Assembly (NCBI RefSeq): GCF_963921235.1
Contig: NC_086100.1
Location: forward strand, 200,944,001-201,008,000
Source of the DNA: Mobula hypostoma
Lineage: Eukaryota
Length of the DNA stretch: 64,000 bases
Direction of reading: 5' to 3'
Positions 50,021 to 63,210 of the stretch are shown here, piece by piece. A program made the translations under genes and the position numbers. Positions within the stretch are counted from its first letter, which is position 1; each line of letters begins with the position of its first letter. Under the pieces are notes generated by a model. It was not told the origin of the DNA. It did no database searches and saw nothing but the letters and a program-made list of their open reading frames with translations.

Positions 50021-51455
50021 CAGAAAGCTTCAGCTGTACTAACTCAACCATGGAGCCCAAGCAGCGGTAGTCATACAGCAGACTAACAGGCCCTTCGGCC
50101 CATCATGTGTATGCTGGCTGACAAGTTCCTATCCACACTAATTGGATTTAAGCTCACCCTCAAAGTTGAGTTCAGGTATGCACAAGTTACTTTCAGCAGC
50201 ATTAAAGGCACATACCATCAGAATCAGATTTAATACCACCGGCTGAGAGATATTTAGAGAAGGTGACATCGAGGAACTGAAACTGCTGGCCCTTTCCATT
50301 ACTGATCCCTCGATGTTTGTTCCCTCAACTTCTCCTTCCGGAAGTCCACAATCAATTGCTTACTTTACCAGCACCGGGCCTGTAGCCTTCAGTGTCCTTG
50401 TCAATCAAGTGCTCAGCCAGATGTTTCCCCATGTTGTGAGGCTCTCTCTGCCTCCTCCACCCCCTCAAGCAGCGCGTTCTGGGTTCCAGCCACACCTTGG
50501 GGAAACATTTCTTTTCCAGATGCCCTGTAAAGTCAGAATCAGGTTTATTATCACTAACAATATGGTGTAAAGACATAAAAATCTACCAATACATAGAGCA
50601 TAAAGAAAGGAACAGTGAGATAGTGTACATGGGTTCATGGACCGTTCAGAAACCTGGTGGCGGAGAGGAAGCTAAAAGCTTCAATGTGGGTCTTCAGGCT
50701 CCTGTACCTCCAGTAATGAGAAGAGTGTCTGCTGGGTCTTCAGTGATGGATGTTGCCTTCTGGGGGCATGGCCTTTTGAAGATGTTCTTGATGCTGAGTA
50801 CACTTGATGGAGCAAGCCAAGTCTGCAACCCTCTGATGCTGTCCATTGGCCCCTCCACACCAGACGGTGTTGCAACCAGTCAGAATGCTCGCCGCAGTAC
50901 ATCCTGTAGAGATTTGTTGGAGTCTTTGGGAACTTAGCAAATCTTCTCAAACTCCAAATGAAATCTAGCCTCTGTCTTTATGATTGCATCAGTGTGTTGG
51001 ATCTTGGTCTTGCTGACGCTGAGTCTGAGGGTTGTTGTTGCGACACCACTCAACACACCATCTATCTCGTTTCTATATGCCTTCTCGTCACCATCTGATA
51101 TTCTGCCAAAAAAGGAAGTGGTTTCATTGGTAAATGAATAGACAGTGTTTGAGCTGTGTCTGGCACAGTCACGAGGGCAGAGAGAGCAGAGCAGTGGGCT
51201 AAACATGCATCCCGAAACTGCACCGGTGTTGATTGTGAGTGAGAACAATGACAACAGAAATTACGGCATATTTAAGCACTTGTGGAAACCAGAGACAAGA
51301 AAAGTTTCACTCACAACACGCTGGAGGAACTCAGCAGGTCGGGCAGCATCCATGGAAATGATCAGTCAACGTTTCGGGCTGGGACCCTTCGTCTGCCCCT
51401 TCCCTCTTCAGTGCTGATGAGGGGTTCCAGCCCAAAACGTTGACTGATCGTTTCC

Positions 51456-54400
51456 TAGAACATAGAATAGTACAGCACAGTACAGGCCCTTTGGCCCACA
51501 ATGTTGTGCCGACCCTCAAACCCTGCATCCCATATAACGCCCCCCACACCTTAAATTCCTCCATATACCTGTCTAGTAGTCTCTTAAATTTCACTCATGT
51601 ATCTTCCTCCACCACTGACTCAGGCAGTGTATTCCACGCACCAACCACTCTCTGAGTAAAAAACCTTCCTCTAATATACCCCTTGAACTTCCCACCCCTT
51701 ACCTTAAAGCCATGTTCCTTGTATTGAGCAGTGGTGCCCTGGGGAAGAGGCGCTGGCTATCCACTCTATCTATTCCTCTTATTATCTTGTACACCTCTAT
51801 CATGTCTCCTCTCATCCTCCTTCTCTCCAAAGAGTAAAGCCCTAGCTTCCTTAATCTCTGATCATAATGACTTGACTTGACTTGATACTCTCGAAACCAG
51901 GCAGCATCCTGATAAATCTCCTTGGTACCCTTTCCAATGCTTCCACATCCTTCCTATAGTGAGGCGACCAGAACTGGACACAGTACTCCAAGTGTGGCCT
52001 AACCAGAGTTTTATAGAGCTGCATCATTACCTCGCGACTCTTAAATTCTATCCCTCGACTTATGAAAGCTAACACAACATAAGCGTACTTAACTACCCTA
52101 TCTACCTGTGAGACAACTTTCAGGGATCTGTGGACATGTACCCCCAAGTCCCTCTGCTCCTCCAGACTACCAAGTATCCTGCCATTTACTTTGTACTCTG
52201 CCTTGGAGTTTGTCCTTCCAAAGTGTACCACCTCACACTTCTCCGGGTTGAACTCCATCTGCCACTTCTCAGCCCACTTCTGCATCCTATCAATATCTCT
52301 CTGCAATCTTCGACAATCCTCTACACTATCTACAATACCACCAACCTTTGTGTCGTCTGCAAACTTGCCAACCCACCCTTCTACCCCGACATCCAGGTCG
52401 TTAATAAAAATCACGAAAAGTAGAGGTCCCAGAACAGATCCTTGTGGGACACCAGTAGTCACAATCCTCCAATCTGAATGTACTCCCTCCACCACCACCC
52501 TCTGCCTTCTTCAGGCAAGCCAATTCTGAATCCACCTGGCCAAACTTCCCTGGATCCCATGCCTTCTGACTTTCTGAATAAGCCTCTTGTGTGGAACCTT
52601 GTCAAATGCCTTACTAAAATCCATATTAATCACATCCACTACACTACCCTCATCTATATGCCTGGTCACCTCCTCAAAGAACTCTATCAGGCTTGTTAGA
52701 CACGAGCTGCCCTTCACAAAGCCATGCTGACTGTCCCTGATCAGACCATCATTCTCTAAATGCCCATAGATCCTATCTCTAAGAATCTTTTCTAACAGCT
52801 TTCCCACCACAGACGTAAGGTTCACTGGTCTATAATTACCCGGACTATCCCTACCACCTTTTTTGAACAAGGGGACAACATTCGCCTCCCTCCAATCCTC
52901 CGGTACCATTCCCGTGGACAACGAGGACATAAAGATCCTAGCCAGAGGCTCAGCAATCTCTTCCCTCGCCTCGTGGAGCAGCCTGGGGAATATTCCGTCA
53001 GGCCCTGGGGACTTATCCGTTCTAATGTATTTTAACAACTCCAACACCTCCTCTCCCTTAATATCAACATGCTCCAGAACATCAACCAGAATCATATTGT
53101 CCTCACTATCATCAAGTTCCCTCTCATTGGTGAATACTGAAGAGAAGTATTCATTGAGGACCTCACTCACTTCCACAGCCACCAGGCACATCTTCCCACC
53201 TTTATCTCTAATCGGTCCTACCTTCACTCCTGTCATCCTTTTTTTCTTCACATAATTGAAGAATGCCTTGGGGTTTTTCTTTACCCTACTTTCCAAGGCC
53301 TTCTCATGCCCCCTTCTTGCTTTTCTCAGCCCCTTCTTAAGCTCCTATCTTGCTTCCCTATATTCCTCAATAGACCCATCTGATCCTTGCTTCCTAAACC
53401 TCATGTATGCTGCCTTCTTCCACCTGACTAGATTTTCCACCTCACTTGTCAACCATGGTTCCTTCACCCTACCATTCTTTATCTTCCTCACCGGGACAAA
53501 TTTACCCCTAATAGCCTGCAAGAGATCTCTAAACATCGACCACATGTCCATAGTACATTTCCCTACAAAAACATCATCCCAATTCACACCTGCAGGTTCT
53601 AGCCTTATAGCCTCATGATTTGCCCTTCCCCAATTAAAAATTTTCCTGTCCTCTCTGATTCTATCCTTTTCCATGATAATGCTAAAGGCCAGGGAGCAGT
53701 GGTCACTGTCCCCCAGATGCTCACCCACTGAGAGATCTGTGACCTGACCTGGTTCATTACCTAGTACTAGATCTAGTATGGCATTCCCCCTGGTCGGCCT
53801 GTCCACATATTGTGACAGGAATCCATCCTGGACACACTTAACAAATTCTGCCCCATCTGAACCCTTGGAACTAATCAGGTGCCAATCAATATTAGGGAAG
53901 TTAAAGTCACCCTTGATAACAACCCTGTTATTTTTGCACCTTTCCAAAATCTGCCTCCCATCTGCTCCTCTGTATCTCTGCTGCTACCAGGGGGCCTATA
54001 GAATACCCCCAGTAGAGTAACTGCTCCCTTCCTGTTCCTGACTTCCACCCATATTGACTCAAAAGAGGATCCTGCTACATTACCCACCCTTTCTGTAGCT
54101 GTATTAGTATCCCTGACCAGTAATGCCACCCCTCCTCCCCTTTTTCCGCCCTCTCTATCCCTTTTAAAGCACTGAAATCCAGGAATATTGAGAATCCATT
54201 CCTGCCCTGGTGCCAGCCAAGTCTCTGTAATGGCCACTACATCATAATTCCATGTATGTATCCAAGCTCTCAGTTCATCACCTTTGTTCCTGATGCTTCT
54301 TGCATTGAGGTACACACATTTCAGCCCTTCTATCTTACTGTCTTTACACCGTTTATTCTGCTTCTCTTTCCTCAAAGCCTCTCTATATGTTAGATCTGGC

Positions 54401-55510
54401 TTTACTCCATGCACTTCTTTCACTGCTCTATCGCTCCGGGTCCCATCCCCCTCGCAAATTAGTTTAAACCCTCCCGAACCATGCTAGCAAACCTACCTGC
54501 AAGGATATTGCTCCCCCTCAAGTTTAGGTGCAACCCATCCAATCTGTACAGGTCCCACATTCCCCGGAAGAGATCCCAATGATCCAAACACCTAAAACCC
54601 TGCTCCCTGCACCAAATCCTCAGCCACGCATTCAACTGCCATCTCCTCCAATTCTTACCATCACTGTCACGTAGCACTGGCAGCAATCCTGAGAACGCCA
54701 TCCTTGAGATCCTGTTCTTCAGCCTTCTGCCTAATTCCCGAAACACACACTTCAGGACCTCATCCCTCTTCCTGCCTATGTTGTTGGTCCCTACATGTAT
54801 CATGACTTTTGGTTGTTTTCCCTCTCGTACCAGGATGTCGTGCACCCAGTCAGAGACATCCCGGACCCTGGCACCCAGGAGGCAACAAACCATGTGGGTG
54901 TCCTTCTCACGTCGACAAAATCTCCTGTCTGCTCCCCTGACTATAGAGTCTCCAATGACGACAGCTCACCTCCTCTCCGTCTCACCCTTCTGCACCACAG
55001 GATCAGACTCAGTGCCGGAGGCCCTGCCACCGTGGCTCACACCCGGTCAGTCGTCCCCGCCAACAGTATCCAGGATGGTAAACTTATTATTCAGGGGAAT
55101 GGCTACAGGGGTGCTCTGTACTACCTGTCTGCTCACCTTCGCTTTCCCGCCTCTGACTGTCACCCAACGACCTGCTTCCGACAACCTAGGTGTGACTACC
55201 TCCCTGTAGCTCTCATCTATGACTGCCTCATTCTCCCTTATGAGTCAAAGGTCATCCGGCTGCTGCTCCAGATTCCTCACAGGGTCTTCCAGATCGCCCA
55301 GCCGTATGCACGTCTGACAGATGTGACTCTGCGGGAGAGGGGAGTTCCCCCAAGACTGCCACATCTCACATGAGAGGCACATCACCGTCTCAGGAGACAT
55401 TGTAAAAACTAACTGCGAGCAAGCTTGTCCCCCGCCTCTTCTCGTCGAAGCCTCTCAAGTCAAAGCCTCAAAGCTCCACTACTTCACTGGCCCACTCACG
55501 CTCTGGTCAC
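51456..55510 (-). mobile_element. Apparently full-length CR1 LINE (4.05 kb), inactivated
   Basis: ORF1 from ATG at 55400 (MSPETVMCLSCEMW..HICQTC zinc finger, IGDSIVRG esterase). ORF2 has APE (YLNARSIRNK, ITETWL, GDFN, SDH) and RT (KFADDTK). (TTCTATG)-type tail; TTTCC direct repeats at 51451-51455 and 55511-55515. Confidence 0.92.
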
Positions 55511-55929
55511 TTTCCACAGATGCTGCCTGACCTGCTGAGTTCATAGCGTGTTGTGAGTGTTGCTTTGACCCCAGCATCTGCAGAGTATTTTGTGTTTAAA
55601 GAACCTAATTGCTTCACGAGCCTACATTCTAAGTGCAAATCCAAGAAATGGTTAAGCACCTGGGGGATAGTGAGAAGACAATGTGGAGTTCCTGAGATTC
55701 TTCCCAGCAGACAGGATCGAGCTACAGACTGCAGGAAAGGTGCTGACTCATGTGGTGCCCCCGCACGCCGCTGCTGGCCATGGCCCAGCACAGGCATTCC
55801 ACTGTGTGACACAAAGCAATGTGCTCCAACTCCCTGCATACCACCGCAACATAACCCCAGGCTAATGCAGGCTCCTGGAGTACTGATCAGAATTACTGCA
55901 TTCACAATCAACAAACAAGGGTGGGGGAG

Positions 55930-58537
55930 GAAAAAAAACCAGGAATGACACAGCAGACAGCAAATCGCTTAATACAGACACACTGTCACTGTGGACTGAG
56001 AGAAATATTCCCATCACTCAGTGAGGATACCACACACGATACACCATCAGTAACACACAAATGCGGATTACAAATTTCAGCAGGAGACAGAAAAGGCATG
56101 TCAGAAAGGCAATGTCATGATAATCATTAGGGATTTTAACATGAAAGTGGATTGGGAAAACTAGGCTAGTACTGGACCTCAAGAGAGAGAATTTGTAGAA
56201 TGTCTTTTGAAAACAGTTTGTTGCTGAGCCCACTGTGCTGGATTGGGTGTTGTGCAATGATCCAGAAGTGATAAGAGAGCTTAAGGTTAAGGAACCCTGA
56301 GGGAACAGTGTTCACAATATGATCGAGTTCGCATTGAAATTTGAGAGGGAAAAAATAAAATCCAATGTGTCAGTATTTCTGTGGAATAATGGAAATTAGA
56401 ATGGCATGAGAGGGGAACCGGCCGAAGTTGACTGGAAAGGGACATTTTCAGGAAGGACAGCAGAGCAGCAATGGCTGGAGTTTCTGCGAAAAATGAGGGA
56501 AGAGCAAGACAGATATATTCCAAATAGGAAGAAATTTTCAAATGGAGGAAGGACACAACCGTGGCTGACAAATGAAATCAGAGCCAAAGTAAAAGCAAAA
56601 GACAGGGCATACAAGGAAGCCAAAGCTATTGGGAAGATAGAGGATTGGGGAGCTTTTAAAAACTTGCAGAAGGAAACTAAGAAGGTCATTCAGAAGGAAA
56701 AAATGAATTATCAGAGGAAGCTGGTGACTAATATCAAAGAAGATACTAAAAGAATTTTGAAGTATATAAGGGTAAAAGAAAGTCGAGGGTAGATATAGAA
56801 CCAATACAAAATGACACTGAAGATATTGTAATGAGAGATGCAGAGATGGCTGAAGAACTGAATGCAAATTTTGCATCAGTCTTCACAGTGGAAGATGTCT
56901 GCAGTATACCAGATAGTCAAGAGCATCAGGGAAGTGAAGTATGTGCAGTGAAAATTACGACTGAGAAGGTGCTCAGGAAGCTTAATGTTCTGAGGGTGGA
57001 TAAATCTCCTGGACCTGATGGAATGCACCCTCGGGTTCTGAAGGAAGTAGCTGGAGAGATTGTGGAGGCATTAACGATGCACTTTCAAGAATTGAATGGA
57101 AAACCGCTACTTAAGAAGGGTGGGAGGCAGCAGAAATGAAACTATAGACCTGTTAGCCTAACATCAGTGGTTGGGAGGTTGTTGGAATCTATTGTTAGGG
57201 ATGAGATTGTGGAGTACCTGGAGGTACATGACAAGATAGACCAAAGCCAGCATGGTTTCCTGAAAGGAAAATCCTGCCTGACTAACCTATTGCAATTCTT
57301 TGAGGAAATTAAAAGCAGGGTAGACAAAGGAGATGCAGTAAACTTGTACTTGGATTTTCAGAAGGCCTTTGACATGGTGCCGGACATAAGGCTGTTTAGC
57401 AAGATAAGATCCCATGGAATTACAGGGAAGTTACTAGCATGAGTGGAGCATTGGCTGATCAGCAGAAAACAGAGAGTGGGAATATAGGGATCCTATTCTG
57501 GCTGGCTGCCGGTTACCAGTGGAGTTCCACAGGGGTCGATGTTGGGACCACTGCTTTTTACGATGTATGTCAATTTGGACTCTGCTATTAATGGATTTGT
57601 GGCTAAATTTGTTGATTATACAAAGATAGGTGGAGGAGCGGGTAGTGCTGAAACAGAGAGCCTGCAAAGAGACTTAGATAGTTTAGGTGAATGGGCAAAG
57701 AAGTGGCAAATGAAGTACAATGTTAGAAAGTGTATGATCATGCATTTTGGTGGAAGAAACAAACGGGTAAACTATTATTTAGGTGGGGAGAGAATTTAAA
57801 ATGCAGAGATGCAAGGGGACTTGGGAGTCCTTGTGCAAGATACACTAAGCGTTAACCTCCAGGTTGAGTCACTTGTGAAGAAGGCAAATGCAATGTTGGC
57901 ATTCGCTTCTAGAGGCATGGAATATAAGAGCAGGGATGTGATGTTGAGGCTCTATAAGGCACTCGTGAGACCACACTTGGATAACTGTGTGTAGTTTTGG
58001 TCTCCTTATTTTAGAAAGGATAAACTGACATTGGAGGGTTCAGAGAAGATTCACGAGAATGATTCCAGGAATGTAAGGGTTACTGTATGAGGAACCTCTA
58101 GCAGCTCTTGGGCTGTATTCCCTGGAGTTCAGAATAAGAGGGGATCTCAGAAACATTCCGAATGTTAAAAGGCCTGAACAGATTAGATATGGCAAAGTTA
58201 TTTCCCATGGTAAGGGATTCTAGGACAAGAGGGTACAACTTCAGGATTGAAGGACGTCCATTTAGAACTGACTTGCGGAGAAATTACTTTCGTCAGAGGG
58301 TGGTAAATCTGTGAAATTTGTTGCCATGAGCGGCTGTGGAGGCTAAGTCATTGGGTGTATTTAAGGCAGGTTAGATAGATTAGTTCCTGATTAGCCAGGG
58401 CATCAAAGGATAAGGGGGTGAAAGCAGAGGAGTGGGGATGACTGGATGAAGTGGATCAGCCCACGATAGAATGGCGAAGCAAACTTGATGAGCCGAATGG
58501 CGTACTTCTGCTCCCATATCTTATGGTCTTATGGTCT
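55930..58537 (+). mobile_element. CR1 LINE ORF2 fragment with 3' end
   Basis: KSPGPDGMHPRVLKE, SQHGFLKGKSCLTNLL, LYKALVRPHL; (TTATGGTC)n tail. Confidence 0.9.
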
Positions 58538-58724
58538 ATACTGTCAGCAGGGGTCCTATACACTGTCACGCAGTCAGTAAAGGTCTCACACTGTCAGTGA
58601 GATTCTGACACTGTCACACTGTCAGTGAGGGTCAGAGATACTGTTACACTGTCTACAGATCACACTGCAAAGACCCTCTCTATTGCCTATTTAGCCGGAC
58701 CACTACCAACACTTCACAGCATGG

Positions 58725-59300
58725 TGAGACCTGGTGTTCTGTAGATCGGGGAACTGCTTTGTTGAGCACCTCTGCTCTATCGCAAACGATTTCCTGGAGG
58801 CCCACCATGTTAACTCCTATCCCCATTCCCATTCTGACACGTTGGTCCATGGCCTTTTTTTTGCCACAATGTGGCCTCTCTCAGGTGGAGGAGCAACACC
58901 TCATTTATGCCTTGGTAGCCGCCTACCTGATGGGATGAATGTCAATTTCTCCCCCCTCCCCTTCCGTCTTCTTCAAATCCCACACTGGCCTCTTACCTCT
59001 TCTCCTCACTTGCCTATCATCTCCCCACTGGTGTCCCTCCTCCTTCCCTTTCTTCCATGGTCCACTCTCCTCTCCTATCATATTCCTTCCTCTCCACATT
59101 TTCCACCTATCATCTCCCAGCTTCTCACCTCATCCCCCTTTTCCTATTCACCTGGCTCCACCTGTCACCTTTGAGCTTGTCCTCATCCCCTCCCCCACCT
59201 CACCTTCTTCCTTCCTCTCCAGTCCTGATGAACGAACGGTGTCAGCCCGAAACATTGAGTGTTTATTCATTTCCATAAGTACTGCCAGGCCTGCTGAGTT
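58725..59300 (+). mobile_element. Penelope-like element 3' end, degenerate
   Basis: CFVEHLCS...HSHSD...LGSRLPDGMNVNF; pyrimidine-rich UTR; AGTCCTGATGA...CCCGAAAC remnant. Confidence 0.7.
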
Positions 59301-59309
59301 AGACCATAT

Positions 59310-60455
59310 GACTATTAGACATAGGAGTGGAATTAGGCCATTTGACCCATCGAGTCTGATCAGCCCCAATCTCCTGCCTTCCCATGACCCTTCATTCCCT
59401 GACTAATCAGGAACCTATCAACCTCTGTGGACAATATACCCATTAACTTGGCTTCTACAGCCACCTGTGGCAAGGAATTCTACAGATTCACGTCTCCAGC
59501 TAATGAAATTCCTCCTCATCTCCATTCTAAATGAACGTCCCTGTGTTCTGAATCTGTGTCCTCTGGTCTTAGACTCTCCAACCTTTGGAAACATCCTCTC
59601 CACATCCACTCTATTGAGGCCTTTCACCATCGGATAGATTTCAATGAAATCCCCCTCTTATGAATTCCAGTGAGCAGAGTCCCAAGGACATCAAATGCTC
59701 CTTATATAAGACTTTCAATCCTAAAATCATTTTCATGAACCTCCTTTGAACCCTCTCCAATGTCAGCACATCTACGTTTCTATGTTTCTATCATTTTTTA
59801 TGTAAGGGGCCCAAAACTGCTCACAATATTCCAAGTGAGGCCTCACCATGCTTTATATAGCTTCCACATTACATTCTTCATTCTTGCTTTTATATTCTAG
59901 TCCTCTCAAAATGAATGCTAACATCACATTTGCATTCCTCATCACAGACTCGACCTGCAAATTAACCTTCCGGGAATCCTGCACGAGGACTCCTCGGTCC
60001 CTTTGCATCTCAGATATTTGAATTTTCTCTCCATTTAGAAAATAGTCTACTCTTTCATTTCTTCTGCCAAAGGGCATGGCCATACATTTCCCAACACTTT
60101 ACTCTATCTGCCACTTCTTTGCCCATTCGAGTAACCTGCCTAAGTCCTTCTGTAGCCTCTCTGCTTCCTCAACACTACCTGTCCCTTCACCTATCTTCAT
60201 ATCGTCTGCAAATGTGGCCAGAAAGCCATCGATTCCAGCATCCAAGTCATTGACATATAATGTATAAAGAATCGATCCTCACACAGAGGCCTGTGGAACA
60301 CCACTAGTCACCAGCAGCCAGCCAGAAAAGGCTCCCTTTATTCCCACTCTTTGCCTCCTGACAATTAATCACTGCTCTATTTATGCTAGTATCTTTCCTG
60401 CAATAGCATGGGCTCTTAACTTGTTACGCAGCTTCATATGTGGCACCTTGTCAAC
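59310..60455 (-). mobile_element. CR1 LINE 3' fragment
   Basis: YFLNGEKIQISEMQRDRGVLVQDS, closely similar to 15300-16000. Confidence 0.85.
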
Positions 60456-60731
60456 ACCTGAAAAAAAACAGGATTAATTTACACTTGAGGTGTGGGTGCC
60501 TGGAATGTGCTGCCAGGGGCGGTGGTAGAGCCAGGTACATTAAGGATATTTAAAAGACTCTTAGTTAGGCACATGGATGATAGAAAAATGGAGAGTTAGA
60601 TTAATCTTAGAGTAGGTTAAAAGATTACTTTATTAGGTAGACCTGTACACCTGCTTATTAATGCAAAGACCTAATAATGTGACATTAACTCAATGCATAA
60701 AAGCATGCAGGCATGGTCAAGACGTTCAATT

Positions 60732-63210
60732 ACCAGCGATGAAGTTCAAGCTCAAACATTGAGATTATGTTGTGGTGCTATTAAGTCATCCCTAATTTCA
60801 ATGTTACTGGTAGAAATGGGTGAAGTACCTTTACAGCTACCCAGGTTATGGTTAGCAATGGACTATTGGTTAACTTAACAAGACATGAAGTTGGCCGGGA
60901 GCACTGTATTTGTAAGGTGGCTGGGAAATGAATGGGCACATAATCTTGGGTGGTTTAATGTGGATTGCGGTCACTCCTCCAGGGTTGTTCCCTTTGCCTG
61001 TGGTTGATTTGGGCCTTGGGATGAAGGATTATTTATCTGTGGCACAGGAAGTTCTGCAACATATACAAGGCAGATATTATGAATTCTACAGGTGGACTTT
61101 AGCGGGGAATTTGACAAGGTCCCGTACGGGAGGTTGGATAAGAAGGTTCAGTTGCTCATAATTCAAGGTGAGGTGGTAAAGTGGCTCTGTGGGAGAAGCC
61201 AGAGTGGGGTAGTAGATGATTGCCTCTCTGACTGGGGGCCTGTAACTAGTGGAGACTCGCAGGGCTCGGTACTGGGGCTGTTGTTGTTCATCATCTATAT
61301 CAATGATCTGGATGAGAATGTGGTTCACTGGATCAGCAAATTTGTGGGTGACACCAAGATTGGGGATGTAGTTGACAGTGAGGAAGGCTATCATGGCTTG
61401 CAGAAGGATCTGGACCAGCTGAGAAAATGGGCTGAATAATGGCAGATGAAACTTAATGCAGACAAGTGCGAGGTGGTGTACTTCGACAGGACCAACCAGG
61501 GGAGGTCTTACACAGTAAATGGTAGGCACTGAGGAGTGTGGTAGAACAAAGGGATCTGGAAATACCGGTCCATAATTAAATGAGTGGTTCCACAGGATAT
61601 TAGGATCATAAAGAAAGCTTTTGGCATATTGCCCTTCACTGTATTGAGCCCAGGAGATGGGATGTTATGTTGAAGTTGTACAAGAGGTTAGTGAGATCTA
61701 AGTTGAGAGAATTGTGAGCAGTTTTAGTCACCTACCTACTGGAAAGATATCAATAAATTGAAAGAGTACAGAGAAAATTTACAAGGACGTTGCTGGGTCT
61801 GGAGGACCTGAGTTATATCGAAAGGTTGAACAGGTTAGGACTTTATTCCTTGGAAAGTAGAAGATGAAGAGGAGATTTGACAGAGGTGTACAAAGTTATG
61901 AGCGTATAGATAGGAGAAATGCAAGCAGGGTTCTTCCTATGACGTTTGGATGGGACAACGAGAGGTCATGGGTAAAGGGTGAAAGGTGAAAAGTTTAAGG
62001 GGAACATGAGGGAAACTTTCTTCACTCAGAGGGTTGTGTGAGTGTGGAAAGAGTTGCCAGTGCAAGTGGAGCTGTCATGGTCCGGTCCGTGAAGTTTGCA
62101 TTCCGGTTCACGGTCCGGTCCATCGACCTTTGCTCCAGGTTTTCCTGTCTACCCTGTTTCTGTTCCTTTTGAGCACTAATTGAGGCAGTTGATGCTAGTT
62201 GGGGCTGGCTGCATAAATACCTCCAGAGACCAGGGTGTGGCTGCTGGATTGTTCTTGTCCTTACACCTTGTATCCCTTCCCCTGCCTTCTGTTTCCTCGC
62301 CTGAAGCCCTGCCTTGTCTTGCTGGTAACTGTCACCTTGCTTCGCCTGTAGTCTTGTCTTGGAGCCACCCTGTACCTAGCTCCCTTCCTATTCCTTGCCT
62401 CCACCGGGTAGGTCAGGCTGTCATGCCGTTACCCTGCAGTTGGTTCTGTCCCTTCCTGTCCCTTGCCTCTGTCCAGTGGAGATCTGCGCCCTGACCAGGA
62501 GGAGTTTCAAGACCCCAAGCCTCGAGCCTCGCCCCAAGCCAAGCTTCAAGACCCCAAGCCTCAAGCCTCTAGTCTCAAGCCTCACCTCAAGTCTCTAGTC
62601 TCAAGTCTCTGGTCTCAAGCCTCTGGTGTCGAGCCTCGCCTCAAGTCTGAAGACTCTAGCCTCGTCCTGCCTGCCAGCCAAGTCACGTCCTTGCCTAATT
62701 CTGGGGTCCGAGCCAGATGCAAGACCCAGGTTCTGGGTCCTTGTCCAGTCTCTGGCTCAGAGTCCAAGCCTGGGCTCCCAGCTCTCTTGTCCAGTCCTGT
62801 TCCGGGTTCCTGGTTTTTGTGTCCATGTCCTAGCCCTCACCCTGTATCCTAGTCCTGTCCCTAGTACTTCAGTGTCTGTGTCTTGCACTTGGGTCCGTTA
62901 CCAGCCACCTCCTTGCAACAGGAGCATGTGAGCTCAATCTGAACTTTTAAGAGAAGTTTGGATAGGTACTGTCGCAACCGTGGATTCGGCAGTGCAGTAG
63001 ATATGGCAATAGCGCTTGTGAATTTGCACGTGTCAGCCAATTATTTAGAGGTTAGACTTCTCTTTGCTCCACAGTCCAATTCGATCTTTGCTCCACAGTC
63101 CAGCTCGATTTGAACATTTAAGAGAAGTTTGGATAGGTGTAACTCATAGGCAGCTGTAATGCACCTGAAGTCGGTCCACCAGCTGTCAGTAAACTTTGCA
63201 AGAGAAAAAG
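60732..63210 (+). mobile_element. Nimb/I-clade LINE fragment (interrupted by CR1 at ~61090-63137)
   Basis: VQAQTLRLCCGAIKSSLISMLLVEMGEVPLQL..LAMDYW; 3' end GTAATGCACC...AAGAG. Flanked by 13-bp repeats AAGA(C/G)GTTCAATT (60719-60731, 63211-63223). Confidence 0.65.
62073..62920 (+). mobile_element. Solo LTR (848 bp)
   Basis: TGTCA...AACA termini, exact 5-bp TSD GGAGC (62068-62072, 62921-62925), TATA-like CATAAATA at ~62212, internal CTCAAG repeats; interrupts a CR1 3' end. Confidence 0.85.

Noticed and set aside
50130..50215. Candidate exon 3 of the ADAM-like gene (TTCAG|GTATGC donor-like site)
   Set aside because: No usable acceptor and no prodomain-like peptide.
62180..62931. Ser/Pro/Leu-rich ORFs
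   Set aside because: They lie within a TSD-bounded solo LTR with low-complexity internal repeats.
62931..63137. ~37-bp direct repeats around a ~130-bp insert
   Set aside because: Probably local duplication of CR1 3' sequence plus a small fragment; too degenerate to interpret.
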